Assembly (NCBI GenBank): GCA_963706325.1
Contig: CAVPLT010000004.1
Span: forward strand, 1,024,001-1,088,000
Direction of reading: 5' to 3'
Source of the DNA: an uncultured Nitrospiraceae bacterium
GTDB taxonomy: Bacteria > Nitrospirota > Nitrospiria > Nitrospirales > Nitrospiraceae
Length of the DNA: 64,000 nt
A program made the translations under genes and the position numbers. Under the pieces are notes generated by a model. It made no database searches. It was not told the origin of the DNA and saw only the letters and a list, made by a program, of their open reading frames with translations. Positions 27,289 to 37,443 of this stretch are shown here, piece by piece; the first letter of the stretch is position 1; each line of letters starts with the position of its first letter.

Positions 27289-28599
27289 ATGACGATGCCG
27301 CGCAAACTACAACGGACGATGATCATGCAGTCGTTTCGTCTCATGCTTTCAAGCGGTGTGCTGCGTCCTGCCTGCACGGATCCCACTCTCCTGCCACGTT
27401 CCTGGTCACCTCCAGCACCCAAGCCGATTCGTGAGGCGGTTGGGCAGCCGCAAGGACATCCTTGGTTTCGTCGGACGGTGGTGGGGATGCTGGCATTCCT
27501 GACGATGTCCGTATTTATGACTTCGATGGCCCAAGCGGTACGTGTCAAAGACGTCGCGACCATTGAAGGTGTGCGGGAAAACCAATTGATCGGATATGGG
27601 CTGGTGGTGGGTCTTGATCGCACGGGAGACCAAGTCATCGGCGGCCAGTTCACCATTCAAGCCATGATGTCCATGTTGAATAAAATGGGCATCAACCTGG
27701 TCATCGATCCCATTCAGTTGCTGACTCGCAATATTGCATCCGTAATGGTGACGGCCAAACTTCCTCCGTTCGTCAAGCCGGGCATGACGCTCGACGCCGT
27801 GGTTTCGTCGATGGCCAATGCCAAGAGTCTGCAGGGCGGTACATTATTGTCGACGCCCCTGAAAGCTCCCAATCAACAGGTCTTTGCCGTGGCGCAGGGT
27901 CCTGTCTCGATCGGCGGCTTTCTGGGAGGAACCGGCGGGGCGGGCGGCGCGACGGTCGCGAAAAATCATCAGGCGGCCGGGGTGGTTCCCGCGGGCGCGA
28001 TCGTAGAAAAAGAATTGGTCGTGGATATCGAGACGTGGGATACCGTCTCCGTTCTTCTCCGACACCCTGATTTCACCACCGCCATTCGAACGGCGGAAGC
28101 GATCGACGGCACATTTGGTAAAGGAACCGCTGTGCCCGTCAATGCGGGACTCGTCAAAACGACGCTTCCATCCATTTTTCATGGGCGAGTGGTGGAATAC
28201 ATCGCGACAATGGAAGGATTGGACGTCACGGTCGATGTCGCAGCCAAAGTGGTGGTGAATGAGCGCACGGGCACGGTCGTGCTGGGGGAACATGTGCGCC
28301 TGTCGACCTGTGCCATCTCACACGGCAACCTGACGATCTCCGTTAAGAACACTCTCAATGTTTCGCAACCTCCCGCACCTCTGATCGGATCGACGCAGGG
28401 TCAAACCACTGTGACGCCCGATGTGCAGACCGAAGTGATAGAGCAGGAATCACGTTTGATCGTCGTGGACCAGACCGTCACACTGGGAGAAGTGGTGCGG
28501 GCATTGAATGCGGTGGGAGTGACACCACGTGATCTGGTGGCCATTCTTTCTGCGCTTCGATCGGCGGGAGCGCTTCAAGCTAATCTTGAGATTGTGTAA
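27289..28599 (+). CDS. flgI: P-ring protein FlgI
   Basis: 'RVKDV..GVRENQLIGYGLVVGL', 'SLQGGTLL', 'VVNERTGTVV'; start uncertain. Confidence 0.94.
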   Translation: MTMPRKLQRTMIMQSFRLMLSSGVLRPACTDPTLLPRSWSPPAPKPIREAVGQPQGHPWFRRTVVGMLAFLTMSVFMTSMAQAVRVKDVATIEGVRENQLIGYGLVVGLDRTGDQVIGGQFTIQAMMSMLNKMGINLVIDPIQLLTRNIASVMVTAKLPPFVKPGMTLDAVVSSMANAKSLQGGTLLSTPLKAPNQQVFAVAQGPVSIGGFLGGTGGAGGATVAKNHQAAGVVPAGAIVEKELVVDIETWDTVSVLLRHPDFTTAIRTAEAIDGTFGKGTAVPVNAGLVKTTLPSIFHGRVVEYIATMEGLDVTVDVAAKVVVNERTGTVVLGEHVRLSTCAISHGNLTISVKNTLNVSQPPAPLIGSTQGQTTVTPDVQTEVIEQESRLIVVDQTVTLGEVVRALNAVGVTPRDLVAILSALRSAGALQANLEIV

Positions 28600-28618
28600 G
28601 GAAAGGTTAGAGTTCTTT

Positions 28619-28948
28619 ATGGAAATCAAAAATCTGCTCGCCGGCCAAATCGACTTGGCACAGATGAACGCCTCTCAACCACTTGGCCTGCAAAAGGCGG
28701 TAGAGGGCAGTCAGGCAGGGGAGAGGACTCGCGCCGAGATGCATAAGGCTGGACAGGAGTTTGAGGCCTATTTTGTCTCGTATTTGATTAAAAACATGCG
28801 TGAAACCATTCCAAAAGGCCTGTTCGACCGGAAAAATGAGCAAGTCTGGTACTCATTCTATGATCAAGAAATCGCGAAGTTAGCGACACAAGCGGGGGGA
28901 ATCGGCATCACGGCGTTTGTGGATGCCTATGCAGAAAAGAATCGTTAG
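28619..28948 (+). CDS. flgJ: FlgJ, rod-binding domain only (no muramidase)
   Basis: 'QEFEAYFV..LIKNMRETIP', 'YDQEIA', 'GGIGI'. Confidence 0.85.
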   Translation: MEIKNLLAGQIDLAQMNASQPLGLQKAVEGSQAGERTRAEMHKAGQEFEAYFVSYLIKNMRETIPKGLFDRKNEQVWYSFYDQEIAKLATQAGGIGITAFVDAYAEKNR

Positions 28949-28961
28949 TTTCGCTCTCTCC

Positions 28962-28988
28962 TAAAGTTCTTGGGGATTCCACCGATAG
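28962..28988 (+). promoter_or_regulatory. Sigma28 promoter of flgM-flgN-flgK-flgL
   Basis: TAAA-N15-ACCGATAG. Confidence 0.8.
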
Positions 28989-29050
28989 AGTACTCGACTA
29001 GGGGAAAGGCCCCTTACGGGTTGCCCAGGAATTGGAGAGGAGAAGCAGCC

Positions 29051-29356
29051 ATGGAGATCTCACAGAACGGCCGATCCGCAGATCTCGCGAAAATCCTGCT
29101 GGGTGTGCATGAAACTGAACGGACCCACAGCAAGAAGACGGCATCCCAAAATGCCGGGCACCAGGATCGTGTGCAGATTTCAGACCAGGCCAAGGAGCTG
29201 CAACGCCTGAGGGCGTCGGCGGAACAACCGAATGCAGAACGTGATGCGAAGGTTGATCATATTCGCCAAGCGCTCGAGGGCGGAACCTACAGAATAAATG
29301 GCCGACAGGTTGCGGATGCTATGATCCGAAGTGTCCTCACAGATTCAGTTTTATGA
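29051..29356 (+). CDS. flgM: Anti-sigma28 factor FlgM
   Basis: 'DRVQISDQA', 'KVDHIRQALEGGTYRIN..VADAM'. Confidence 0.92.
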   Translation: MEISQNGRSADLAKILLGVHETERTHSKKTASQNAGHQDRVQISDQAKELQRLRASAEQPNAERDAKVDHIRQALEGGTYRINGRQVADAMIRSVLTDSVL

Positions 29357-29428
29357 CGTCTCCTGTAGGGTTTTGATTCATCGCTCCTGCCACGCGAGGA
29401 GTTTGTAACCATCCTGCCGGTGAGGGAC

Positions 29429-29884
29429 ATGGCGCCGACCGTCCAGCAGTCACTGCCAACCGAAGCAGAGCCGAACACACTCCGTCGCATGCTCGACAAG
29501 ATCGGGGCGTTTCAGGCGTTGCTCATTGAGGAACAACAAGCCATTCGGTCCCTTTCATTCGGACAATTCACGACTGTGACCATGCAGAAATCTAATCTTT
29601 TGGATGAGATTCGAGGGCTGGAGCAAGAGCGTCGTGCGTTATTGGCCATTCCACGAACACAGGAGTTGTCTCCCGCCTCGAAACAGCAAGAAGCTGATTT
29701 GGTTGCCGCCATCGGACGGACCGATCGGTTGAATCGGCTCAATGGGGCACTGATCGGGCAATCACTTGAATTCTTGGAAGGTACCCTGCGACTTTGGCAA
29801 CGCTCGCCGGCGTCAGCCGCGCTCTATTCGTCCTCAGGTGCCCATGTTCCAGATGCGACCCACAGGGTAAGAACCACAGGATAG
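29429..29884 (+). CDS. flgN: Export chaperone FlgN
   Basis: Helical; 'LNRLNGALIGQSLEF...LY'; between flgM and flgK. Confidence 0.8.
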   Translation: MAPTVQQSLPTEAEPNTLRRMLDKIGAFQALLIEEQQAIRSLSFGQFTTVTMQKSNLLDEIRGLEQERRALLAIPRTQELSPASKQQEADLVAAIGRTDRLNRLNGALIGQSLEFLEGTLRLWQRSPASAALYSSSGAHVPDATHRVRTTG

Positions 29885-29894
29885 CGGAGTTCGT

Positions 29895-31289
29895 ATGTCT
29901 GGACTCAACGGCTTGTTCGGAATTGGTTCCAATGCGTTAGCCTCGTTCCAACGCGCCTTATCCGTGACCGGACAAAATATTGCCAACGTCAACACGCCAG
30001 GTTACTCTCGGCAAGAAATAATTCTCAATCAAACTTTGCCGGAAAACGGGCGGCCAGGGCAGATCGGAACCGGCGTTGAGGCATCAGAGGTTAGGCGCTC
30101 CGTCGATACCTTCGTTGAACAACAATTGTTGAACTCAAACGAACGGCTCGGCCAGTTCAACGCGTCACAGAGGGCCTTGACCCAAATCCAGCCGCTGTTT
30201 TCAGACTCCAACGACCAAGGTGTGGCTGCAGGCCTGAACGAGTTCTTCAAGGCGTGGCAGGATGTCGCGACCAATCCGGCCGATCTCACCAGTCGGACAG
30301 TATTGCTTTCCAAAGCCGATGTGGTAGCCAAACGACTCAATCAGGCTTCCGCTCAGCTTTCCGCACAACGCAATGCCCTGGACGGTCAAATTCAGCAGGG
30401 CATCACCGACGTCAATGCTCTGGCCACCCAGATTGCCGGTCTTAACGGACAGATTAAGCTCGCCGAGGTCAGCGGTCAGCATGCCAATGATCTCCGCGAT
30501 CAGCGTGGTCAGCTGCTGAATAACCTGGCCGGATTGGTTGATATTACCTCGCTTGAGGATTCCACAGGACAAGTGACGGTCTCCGTCGGAATCGGTCAGG
30601 TGTTGGTGGCTGAGCAAACAGCTTTCAGCCTCACAGGCGTTTCCAACACGAGTAACAGCGGTCTTCTGGATGTCCGATACGATAGTGGAAGTGGCCCCAA
30701 TACTGATCTTACCGCGGTGATCAGCGGCGGACGGCTCAAAGGTTGGATCGACGCGCGCGACACAACGGCGGTTGGCCTACAGACGTCCCTCGATACCCTC
30801 GCAGCCCAAATTGTCTCGCAGGTAAACACACAGCATCGGTTAGGGTATGGGTTGGATGGCTCGACGACTCAGGATTTCTTTGCCGCGACCGGAACCACGG
30901 CCGCCACGATCAGTGTCGCATTGGCCGACCGAAGACAGATTGCCGCATCGTCGACTGCGGCCGGCGTTCCGGGGAACAATGTCAATGCGCTGGCGCTCGC
31001 CACATTGCAGACAACAGCCTTATCGGGGCTCGGCGATGCGACCTTTCAAGATTATTACAGCGCCATGGCCGGAAGCTTTGGCTCCACGCTGAAGAACGCT
31101 CAAGACGACCTGCAAGGACAAGAGCTCCTCCATGGTCAGTTACAGGCCCATCGAGCGGAAGTATCAGGAGTATCGATGGATGAGGAGTTGATCAACCTCC
31201 TGAAGTACCAGCGTGCGTTTCAGGCGGCCTCCAAACTCATTACGACAAGCGATGAGATGTTGCAAACAATTCTGTCTCTTAAACGATAG
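29895..31289 (+). CDS. flgK: Hook-associated protein FlgK
   Basis: 'GQNIANVNTPGYSRQ', 'NDLRDQR', 'SGVSMDEE..YQRAFQA'. Confidence 0.96.
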   Translation: MSGLNGLFGIGSNALASFQRALSVTGQNIANVNTPGYSRQEIILNQTLPENGRPGQIGTGVEASEVRRSVDTFVEQQLLNSNERLGQFNASQRALTQIQPLFSDSNDQGVAAGLNEFFKAWQDVATNPADLTSRTVLLSKADVVAKRLNQASAQLSAQRNALDGQIQQGITDVNALATQIAGLNGQIKLAEVSGQHANDLRDQRGQLLNNLAGLVDITSLEDSTGQVTVSVGIGQVLVAEQTAFSLTGVSNTSNSGLLDVRYDSGSGPNTDLTAVISGGRLKGWIDARDTTAVGLQTSLDTLAAQIVSQVNTQHRLGYGLDGSTTQDFFAATGTTAATISVALADRRQIAASSTAAGVPGNNVNALALATLQTTALSGLGDATFQDYYSAMAGSFGSTLKNAQDDLQGQELLHGQLQAHRAEVSGVSMDEELINLLKYQRAFQAASKLITTSDEMLQTILSLKR

Positions 31290-31318
31290 GCATACGTGAC
31301 TCGCAGGGAGTGGAAACA

Positions 31319-32215
31319 ATGAGAGTGGCCGACCAACAAATTTATGGAACTTTGCTTGGCAACCTCCAGCGCTCCCGTTCTCAAATCTTGACCGCGCAGG
31401 AGCAGATCTCCAGCCAGAAAAAAGTGGAAAATCCATCCGACGATCCGAGTGCCTTTGGACAGATTGTGCTTGGGAAATCGGCACTTGCCCAAAACACGCA
31501 GTGGACGCGCAATATAGCTTTCGGGACGGCCAGAGTGGATGCGGCAGATCAGGCCCTCGGACAATCTCAGAACCTGATCACGCGCGTCCGGGAGTTGACG
31601 ATCCAGGCGGCCAGCGACACCACCTCGGCCGAAGGCCGCAACACGATCGCCAAGGAAGTGCGCCAGATCCAGCGTCAGCTGGTACAACTGGGAAACACGG
31701 AAGTGGCAGGGCAGGCGATATTCGCCGGAACCAAGACCGATGTCACGCCCTTCGCCATCACCTCCGGCGATACGGTTGCCTATCAAGGTAATAGCGAAAC
31801 CCAATCCATCGCCGTCAGCGAAAATCAGACGGTGCAGATTCTCATTCCTGGAAGCAGCATCTTTACCGGATCGAGCACCAATATATTTACTTCTTTGGGC
31901 GATTTGTTAACCGCGCTTGAAGGGAATGATCGGAACGGCATTGAGAACGGTCTCGGCAATCTCGACTTGGCCACCGCTCAGATCAGTGATGCGCAAGGGA
32001 CGATCGGGGCCTTGGGCAATCGGCTACAAATCACGCATGATGCGTTGGATACGGCTAATTTGACCATCTCAAAGTCCATTTCCAATAATCAAGATGTCGA
32101 TCTCGCGACGGCCATCACGCAACTCCGCCTGCAAGAGGTCGCAGTGGATGCCACTACTCAGGCGTTCAGCAGAATTTTCGACTCGTCCTTGCTCAAGTAT
32201 CTCCCTCAAGTCTGA
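31319..32215 (+). CDS. flgL: Hook-associated protein FlgL
   Basis: 'MRVA', 'PSDDP', 'IFAG', C-terminal 'SLLKYL'. Confidence 0.94.
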   Translation: MRVADQQIYGTLLGNLQRSRSQILTAQEQISSQKKVENPSDDPSAFGQIVLGKSALAQNTQWTRNIAFGTARVDAADQALGQSQNLITRVRELTIQAASDTTSAEGRNTIAKEVRQIQRQLVQLGNTEVAGQAIFAGTKTDVTPFAITSGDTVAYQGNSETQSIAVSENQTVQILIPGSSIFTGSSTNIFTSLGDLLTALEGNDRNGIENGLGNLDLATAQISDAQGTIGALGNRLQITHDALDTANLTISKSISNNQDVDLATAITQLRLQEVAVDATTQAFSRIFDSSLLKYLPQV

Positions 32216-32233
32216 TTCCATCCGAACCGATAG
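32206..32233 (+). promoter_or_regulatory. Sigma28 promoter of csrA-fliW
   Basis: TCAAG-N15-ACCGATAG overlapping the flgL 3' end. Confidence 0.65.
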
Positions 32234-32271
32234 AGACATGCACAGCTATCCACGCGCCAAGGAAGGCTTAC

Positions 32272-32517
32272 ATGCTGGTGTTATCACGACGCCGAGGCGA
32301 AGGCGTCACAATTGGTCCCGATGTCCGCATCGTCGTTCTCGGTATCAAGGGCGGGCAGGTGAGGCTGGGAATTGAGGCACCTCCAAATGTGGAGGTGCAT
32401 CGAGATGAAGTGCATGCCAGAATTCAGGAAGAGAATCGCATCGCGGCGGGACCCGACGTCATACCGCTCGAAGCCTTCCGGCAATTATCACATAAAATGA
32501 CGCGCCGCGGGGCTTGA
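32272..32517 (+). CDS. csrA: RNA-binding regulator CsrA
   Basis: 'MLVLSRRRGEGVTIG...QVRLGIEAP..VEVHRDEV'. Confidence 0.96.
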   Translation: MLVLSRRRGEGVTIGPDVRIVVLGIKGGQVRLGIEAPPNVEVHRDEVHARIQEENRIAAGPDVIPLEAFRQLSHKMTRRGA

Positions 32518-32526
32518 GGTAATGAC

Positions 32527-33003
32527 ATGAAGTGTCAGTCGACCAGGTTTGGGACGTTTGAGGTTAAGGACGAGTGTGTACTGGTATTTCCATCCGGCAT
32601 TCTTGGATTCCCGGACTGGAGCACATATGTGTTGCTCGACCACGACACCGATGCCCCGTTCAAATGGCTCCAGTCTACGGAAGAGCCACAGTTGGCATTC
32701 GTCGTTTTGGACCCTGCCTTTTTTAAACCGGATTATCAGATTCAAGTTCCGTTGGATGCGCTGATCGAAATTCAGAAATCGGACAGCGACGAGCTATCCG
32801 TCGTGACAATTTTGACCATTCCTTCACACGATCCCGGAGCGGTCACCGCTAACCTGCGTGGCCCGCTGGTCATGAACCATCGCACCAGACTCTGCAAGCA
32901 ACTGGTCCTGTCCGAGGACCTACCAACACGTTATCCGCTCTTTGTCGACGCTGCAGTTCAACGCCCCGCGAACCACCTTCCTCTTCAAACTACGGCTTGT
33001 TAA
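32527..33003 (+). CDS. fliW: Flagellar assembly factor FliW
   Basis: 'TRFG', 'FPSGILGF', 'WLQS', 'TANLRGPLVMN'. Confidence 0.95.
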   Translation: MKCQSTRFGTFEVKDECVLVFPSGILGFPDWSTYVLLDHDTDAPFKWLQSTEEPQLAFVVLDPAFFKPDYQIQVPLDALIEIQKSDSDELSVVTILTIPSHDPGAVTANLRGPLVMNHRTRLCKQLVLSEDLPTRYPLFVDAAVQRPANHLPLQTTAC

Positions 33004-33125
33004 GACATTCCTTCCCGGTGATTCGCAATTCCGGGAGACGATTTCCGCGGAATGGTCGTACAGCGGCATCGCTTTGCGCCGGAACAGTCCTCTTTCGGCG
33101 GACTGGAAAAGATGGATGTAGACGA

Positions 33126-35960
33126 TCAGGCAGGACGGATCTGTTTTCTCAGCACTTCGACAAGTTGCTGAATGGTCCGTTGAAGTTGGATGACAAGTGC
33201 CGGAGCATCAGCGAGGGTCCCGAGGCGTCCGGTCGCCTCTAACTGACCGGCCAGCAACACCACGTCCGGCGCGCACAGATTTCCCGCCGTGCCTTTCATA
33301 CTATGAGCCGCCCGCTCGAGCGCGACGCTATCGGCTTGGCTGATGGCGAGTTCAATATCCCGCACCATTGTGGGATGTCGGTCCAGGAATAGCCGGATGA
33401 GTTGATCGAAGAGTTCAATATCTCCACCAATGTTCGTCAGCATCGTGCTTGCATCAAAAATACTTGCATCACTCTTGGACATCTCGCGGGGAGGAAGAGG
33501 GGGCGGCGCGTCCTCAACCGCCGACAACGGAACCCATCGCTGCAGGATTCGTCCAAGATCGTCGATCTTGACCGGTTTTGAGAGGTAGTCGTCCATCCCG
33601 GCGGCTTTGCAGCGCTCCCGGTCCCCTTGCATGGCATTCGCCGTGAGGGCAATGATGGGAATGTGGGCGCGATCCCGGGCAGCCTGGAGCCGTTGTTCCT
33701 GTTCGCGGATATGGCGCGTGGCCTCATATCCGTCCATCACGGGCATTTGACAATCCATGACGATCGCCGAATACACTTCTCGTTCAAATGCTGCCAGCGC
33801 GTCGTTCCCATTGGAGACAATGTCCGGCTGATAACCCAGGCGCTCGAGCATCCGCACCGCGAGCTTTTGATTCACCAGATTATCTTCTGCAACCAAAATG
33901 CGTGGGCGAATCCGTTGTTCCGCCAAAGTATGTCGAGTAATGAGCGTCGGCGCCATGCCCACTGATAGGCCAGTCTCACTCATCATGGCCGCAGGCGGTT
34001 GCTGGAGGCCGAACACCCCCCGGAGGCAACCTTGTAGCTGGTCATGGCGAACGGGTTTGGTGAGGTAGGCGTTGAATCCGGCGCGGCGCGCGCGCTCGGC
34101 ATGCCCGGGCTGAATCAGCGACGTTAGGACAATCAGTCGCATGTCTGCGCCTTGAGGATGCGCCTTGATCTCCTGAGCCAGTTGGAGGCCGTCTTTTCCC
34201 GGCATGAGCATATCGAGCACCGCCACGTCATAAGGCGTACCATTGGAGGCCGCCTGATTCAGCCTCTGCATCGCTTCGACGGCATTCTGTGCTTGAGCGT
34301 CTAGCATCCCCCATCCGGACACGAGGTGATGCAAGATCGTTCGGTTGGATTCATTATCGTCGACGATCAGGATCCGACGTCCGGTCAACTCTACCGACGG
34401 AACGATGGCCGGGGAACAGACCGCTTGTTTCTGGAATTTGGCCGTGCACCAGAACGTCGTCCCATGGCCAAGTCGGCTGCGCACCCCCACTCTTCCTCCC
34501 ATGAGCTCAATCAATTGTTTGGAAATGGCGAGGCCTAAACCCGTCCCACCATATTTGCGAGTCGTGGAACTGTCGGCTTGAGTGAACGGTTGGAACAGAC
34601 GCGCCTGCACCTCCTCGCTGATCCCGATGCCGGAATCAGTAACTTCAAACCTGATCGCGACTTCGGCCGGGGCGTCGTGTTCAAGAAAGGCCTGCAGCGT
34701 GACTTCTCCGCTTTCCGTAAACTTGATGGCATTGCCCACAAAATTCGTCAGGATTTGTCGGAGGCGTCCCGGGTCGCCGCGCAGTGCGTTAGGTACGGCG
34801 GCATGGACCAGACCGGTGATTTCCAGGCCTTTTCGCTGGGCGCGTTCCGCGAACTGGGACAAGACATCTTCTACCGTCGTGCGCAGGTGAAACTCCAGAG
34901 TCTCCAACTCCAGCTTACCGGCTTCGATCTTGCTGCATTCGAGGACATCGTTGATGAGGCAGAGCTGAGCTTCTCCGCATTGCTGGATCGTTTGTGCGAA
35001 GGAACGCTGCTCTTCCGCGAGCGGCGTGTCCAGGAGCAGGCTGGCCATGCCGATCACGCCGTTCATCGGGGTGCGCAACTCATGACTGATGGTGGCCAGA
35101 AATGTGGATTTAGCGTGAGTCGCCGCATGCGCCTGTTGCAGGGCTTGATCCAACTGACGATTGCTCTCACGAAGATGGTCCGCCGTATCGTTGAGCGCTC
35201 GGTGGGTCATGAACACTTCACTCAGATCAACCGCATACGCCCGTACGAGTCCGTGGCTGGGGACTGGACAAAGCGTCCAACGGTAACAGGCATCCCCCCG
35301 TATAACTTCGTGAGACGCCAGCGGTCGTCCCTCTTGCAGACAGGTTGCCACGAGTTCGGGAAGTTTCTCCGGAAGAATATCCGGTTGACCGTCGAGGTCA
35401 TACCCAAAGCGACAGAGCACTTCGATCATCGCTGGATTCACATACAGGAGGTTGCCCTCGCGATCAAGTTCGACGATCGGATAGGGACTTTCTTCAGCGA
35501 TGGTGGCCAAACGGTTACGATCGCTTTCCAACTCCAGTTCGTGGGAAGCATCTCGCAGAGTCAGTAAGGCGGTGGCGGACTCAATTCCTGACACACGAAG
35601 GTACTGCCATTCCACCACGGTGACGATGCGCTGTTCTGGCGTATCAGTTGTGTGAACTGGTTCGGCGCTCACCGTCCGTCCTCCTGCCAGTTTCCAAACT
35701 CCTGTGACTTGGAGGGACCCCTTGATGTCGAGCTGATGCCCGACAATCTCCGATAGTGTTTTCCCCACACAGTCGCGTGAAGATCGACGGAGTAGGCGGC
35801 TTGCCGAGCGATTCACGAACAGCAGGGTCTGTTCGGCGGACAACAAACACATGCCCAAAGGCACGGCGTCCCACAGTAACATCCCCAGGTCCGATGGGAG
35901 AGAAAACTCTCCCCCATCGGAAAGCGAGGTAGCACGTGAATGAGGCTTGCGATTCACCAT
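33126..35960 (-). CDS. Cytoplasmic hybrid histidine kinase (PAS-PAS-HisKA-HATPase-REC-REC-Hpt)
   Basis: H-box 'SHELRTPMNG', 'NAIKFT', 'GGTGLGL', REC 'LDMLMP' and 'MDCQMP', Hpt 'AHSMKG'; no obvious TM helix. Confidence 0.93.
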   Translation of the reverse strand: MVNRKPHSRATSLSDGGEFSLPSDLGMLLWDAVPLGMCLLSAEQTLLFVNRSASRLLRRSSRDCVGKTLSEIVGHQLDIKGSLQVTGVWKLAGGRTVSAEPVHTTDTPEQRIVTVVEWQYLRVSGIESATALLTLRDASHELELESDRNRLATIAEESPYPIVELDREGNLLYVNPAMIEVLCRFGYDLDGQPDILPEKLPELVATCLQEGRPLASHEVIRGDACYRWTLCPVPSHGLVRAYAVDLSEVFMTHRALNDTADHLRESNRQLDQALQQAHAATHAKSTFLATISHELRTPMNGVIGMASLLLDTPLAEEQRSFAQTIQQCGEAQLCLINDVLECSKIEAGKLELETLEFHLRTTVEDVLSQFAERAQRKGLEITGLVHAAVPNALRGDPGRLRQILTNFVGNAIKFTESGEVTLQAFLEHDAPAEVAIRFEVTDSGIGISEEVQARLFQPFTQADSSTTRKYGGTGLGLAISKQLIELMGGRVGVRSRLGHGTTFWCTAKFQKQAVCSPAIVPSVELTGRRILIVDDNESNRTILHHLVSGWGMLDAQAQNAVEAMQRLNQAASNGTPYDVAVLDMLMPGKDGLQLAQEIKAHPQGADMRLIVLTSLIQPGHAERARRAGFNAYLTKPVRHDQLQGCLRGVFGLQQPPAAMMSETGLSVGMAPTLITRHTLAEQRIRPRILVAEDNLVNQKLAVRMLERLGYQPDIVSNGNDALAAFEREVYSAIVMDCQMPVMDGYEATRHIREQEQRLQAARDRAHIPIIALTANAMQGDRERCKAAGMDDYLSKPVKIDDLGRILQRWVPLSAVEDAPPPLPPREMSKSDASIFDASTMLTNIGGDIELFDQLIRLFLDRHPTMVRDIELAISQADSVALERAAHSMKGTAGNLCAPDVVLLAGQLEATGRLGTLADAPALVIQLQRTIQQLVEVLRKQIRPA

Positions 35961-37231
35961 TAGTTTCCGATCAAGGCAGTTTCGAAATATACGGGGAGAT
36001 CCACATGTTCCTGATTGGGATCCAATGCGCGAAGAATCGTGCGCGTCGGCTCGTCCGGATTGGTAGTCGTGAGATCGACATCGATCGGGATTTTGTGCGG
36101 ATCGCCGGTAGGCCCACTGATAATGCGGATTCTCGGTTTCAAGCGGTCGGTGTGATTAAGGCCAGTCACGACGGCCTTCTCACTGGTATTGAGCTTGATG
36201 AGACTTCCGATGGGATAGACGCCTAGGGACTTGATGGCGACCTCGATCAGCGCCTTGTCGTACCGGCCTTTTTCGCCCAGCACGAAGAGTTGGCGAATGG
36301 CATCATGGGGCAGGAGGGGAGGACGGCCGGGACGCGCGCCGACCAAGCCGTCGTACGTATCCGCCAGGCCGACAAGCTGAGCCAGTGTGGATATGGATCC
36401 GTTCTTCACTTTATTCGGAAATCCGCTACCGTCCAGGCATTCATGATGTTGCGCGATGATGCGTGTGACTGCCTCCGGCAGTGGATCTCCTTGCGAGAGC
36501 ACTACGGCGGCCAATTGCGGATGTTGCTGCATGAGTGTCTTCTCATGCTCGGTCAACGCGCTTGATTTCCGATAGACATTACGCGGGAGGCGCACATAGC
36601 CGATGTCATGGAGCAGTGCCCCGACACCGAGGGTTGCTCGATCGGCTTCATCACATCCGTATTCCACTCCGACAATAAGGGCCAGGACACAGACATCGAT
36701 CCCATGGGAAGCGAGCGTGCGATCATAGCGTCGCATTTTTTCGAGAAAGAATTCCGTCATCATCGATTCAGGATGCGCCAGAATCCGGCTGACCAGACCG
36801 ATGACAATGTGTTTGAGGGTCACCATCTTCGGTGACCGTCCGGCTTCGAGTTCGTTGAATATGCGTTCCATGGACTCCAGCGCTTCCCTGTAGGTGGCCT
36901 TGGATGCCGCGGCTTGCTGGGCACTGGTGTCGGGAGGTGTATCGACGTGATCGGACAGGGCCGACGGCTCATCGGTCAGCGCTGTAGGGGCAACCGGTTC
37001 TGTGCTCGCAACGCCGGCGTGTTCCGTCGGAACATCACCGATGTCTGCGCCGCGCTCCAGGTCAATAGTGACCTCGCGTATGCCATGTCGCATGAGTTGA
37101 GTGATGTCGTCGGGATTCGTCACGAGCCACTTGTGAAGCAGAAACGGCGTGCGATACCAGGGCTGATCCATGCCCACGATATACATTCCGAGTTTTAACT
37201 GGGCGACAGGAATGCGTTTGGTAGAATCCAT
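35960..37231 (-). CDS. HD-GYP phosphodiesterase with DUF3391-like N-terminus
   Basis: 'LKLGMYI..MDQPW..PFL', 'LLHDIG', 'HHECLDGSGFP', 'YPIGSL'; start at ATG 37231 (MDSTKR). Confidence 0.88.
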   Translation of the reverse strand: MDSTKRIPVAQLKLGMYIVGMDQPWYRTPFLLHKWLVTNPDDITQLMRHGIREVTIDLERGADIGDVPTEHAGVASTEPVAPTALTDEPSALSDHVDTPPDTSAQQAAASKATYREALESMERIFNELEAGRSPKMVTLKHIVIGLVSRILAHPESMMTEFFLEKMRRYDRTLASHGIDVCVLALIVGVEYGCDEADRATLGVGALLHDIGYVRLPRNVYRKSSALTEHEKTLMQQHPQLAAVVLSQGDPLPEAVTRIIAQHHECLDGSGFPNKVKNGSISTLAQLVGLADTYDGLVGARPGRPPLLPHDAIRQLFVLGEKGRYDKALIEVAIKSLGVYPIGSLIKLNTSEKAVVTGLNHTDRLKPRIRIISGPTGDPHKIPIDVDLTTTNPDEPTRTILRALDPNQEHVDLPVYFETALIGN

Positions 37232-37304
37232 ACCTAGGGTGTGCCTGGTGGCGCGAGGACTATGAGACGCGAGAGGTGACTGGCTTGTCTCCCCCGTAGG
37301 GTTC

Positions 37305-37332
37305 ATATCGGTTGATGTCAAGCCGTCCTTAA
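37305..37332 (-). promoter_or_regulatory. Sigma28 promoter of the HD-GYP/hybrid kinase operon
   Basis: Minus strand TTAAG-N15-ACCGATAT. Confidence 0.78.
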
Positions 37333-37363
37333 CTCCATGCGATGCGTCAGGTCGGCGCATCGC

Positions 37364-37391
37364 TTGAGAATGTGGGGAATTGCACCGATAT
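37364..37391 (+). promoter_or_regulatory. Sigma28 promoter of the PilZ brake gene
   Basis: TTGAG-N15-ACCGATAT. Confidence 0.68.
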
Positions 37392-37443
37392 CACCCATCA
37401 GCGTCCGTTTGTGCAGGTTCGTCCGCATGAGAGGGAGAAGGTT

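Noticed and set aside
33010..33110. Weak hairpins between the convergent fliW and kinase genes
   Set aside because: Short stems with large loops and no U tracts; cannot be called terminators with confidence.
34578..35567. 329-aa plus-strand ORF opposite the hybrid kinase, and other long antisense ORFs (1666-2403, 45073-45912, 57996-58730)
   Set aside because: Shadow ORFs of GC-rich coding genes, with no recognisable motifs or RBS.
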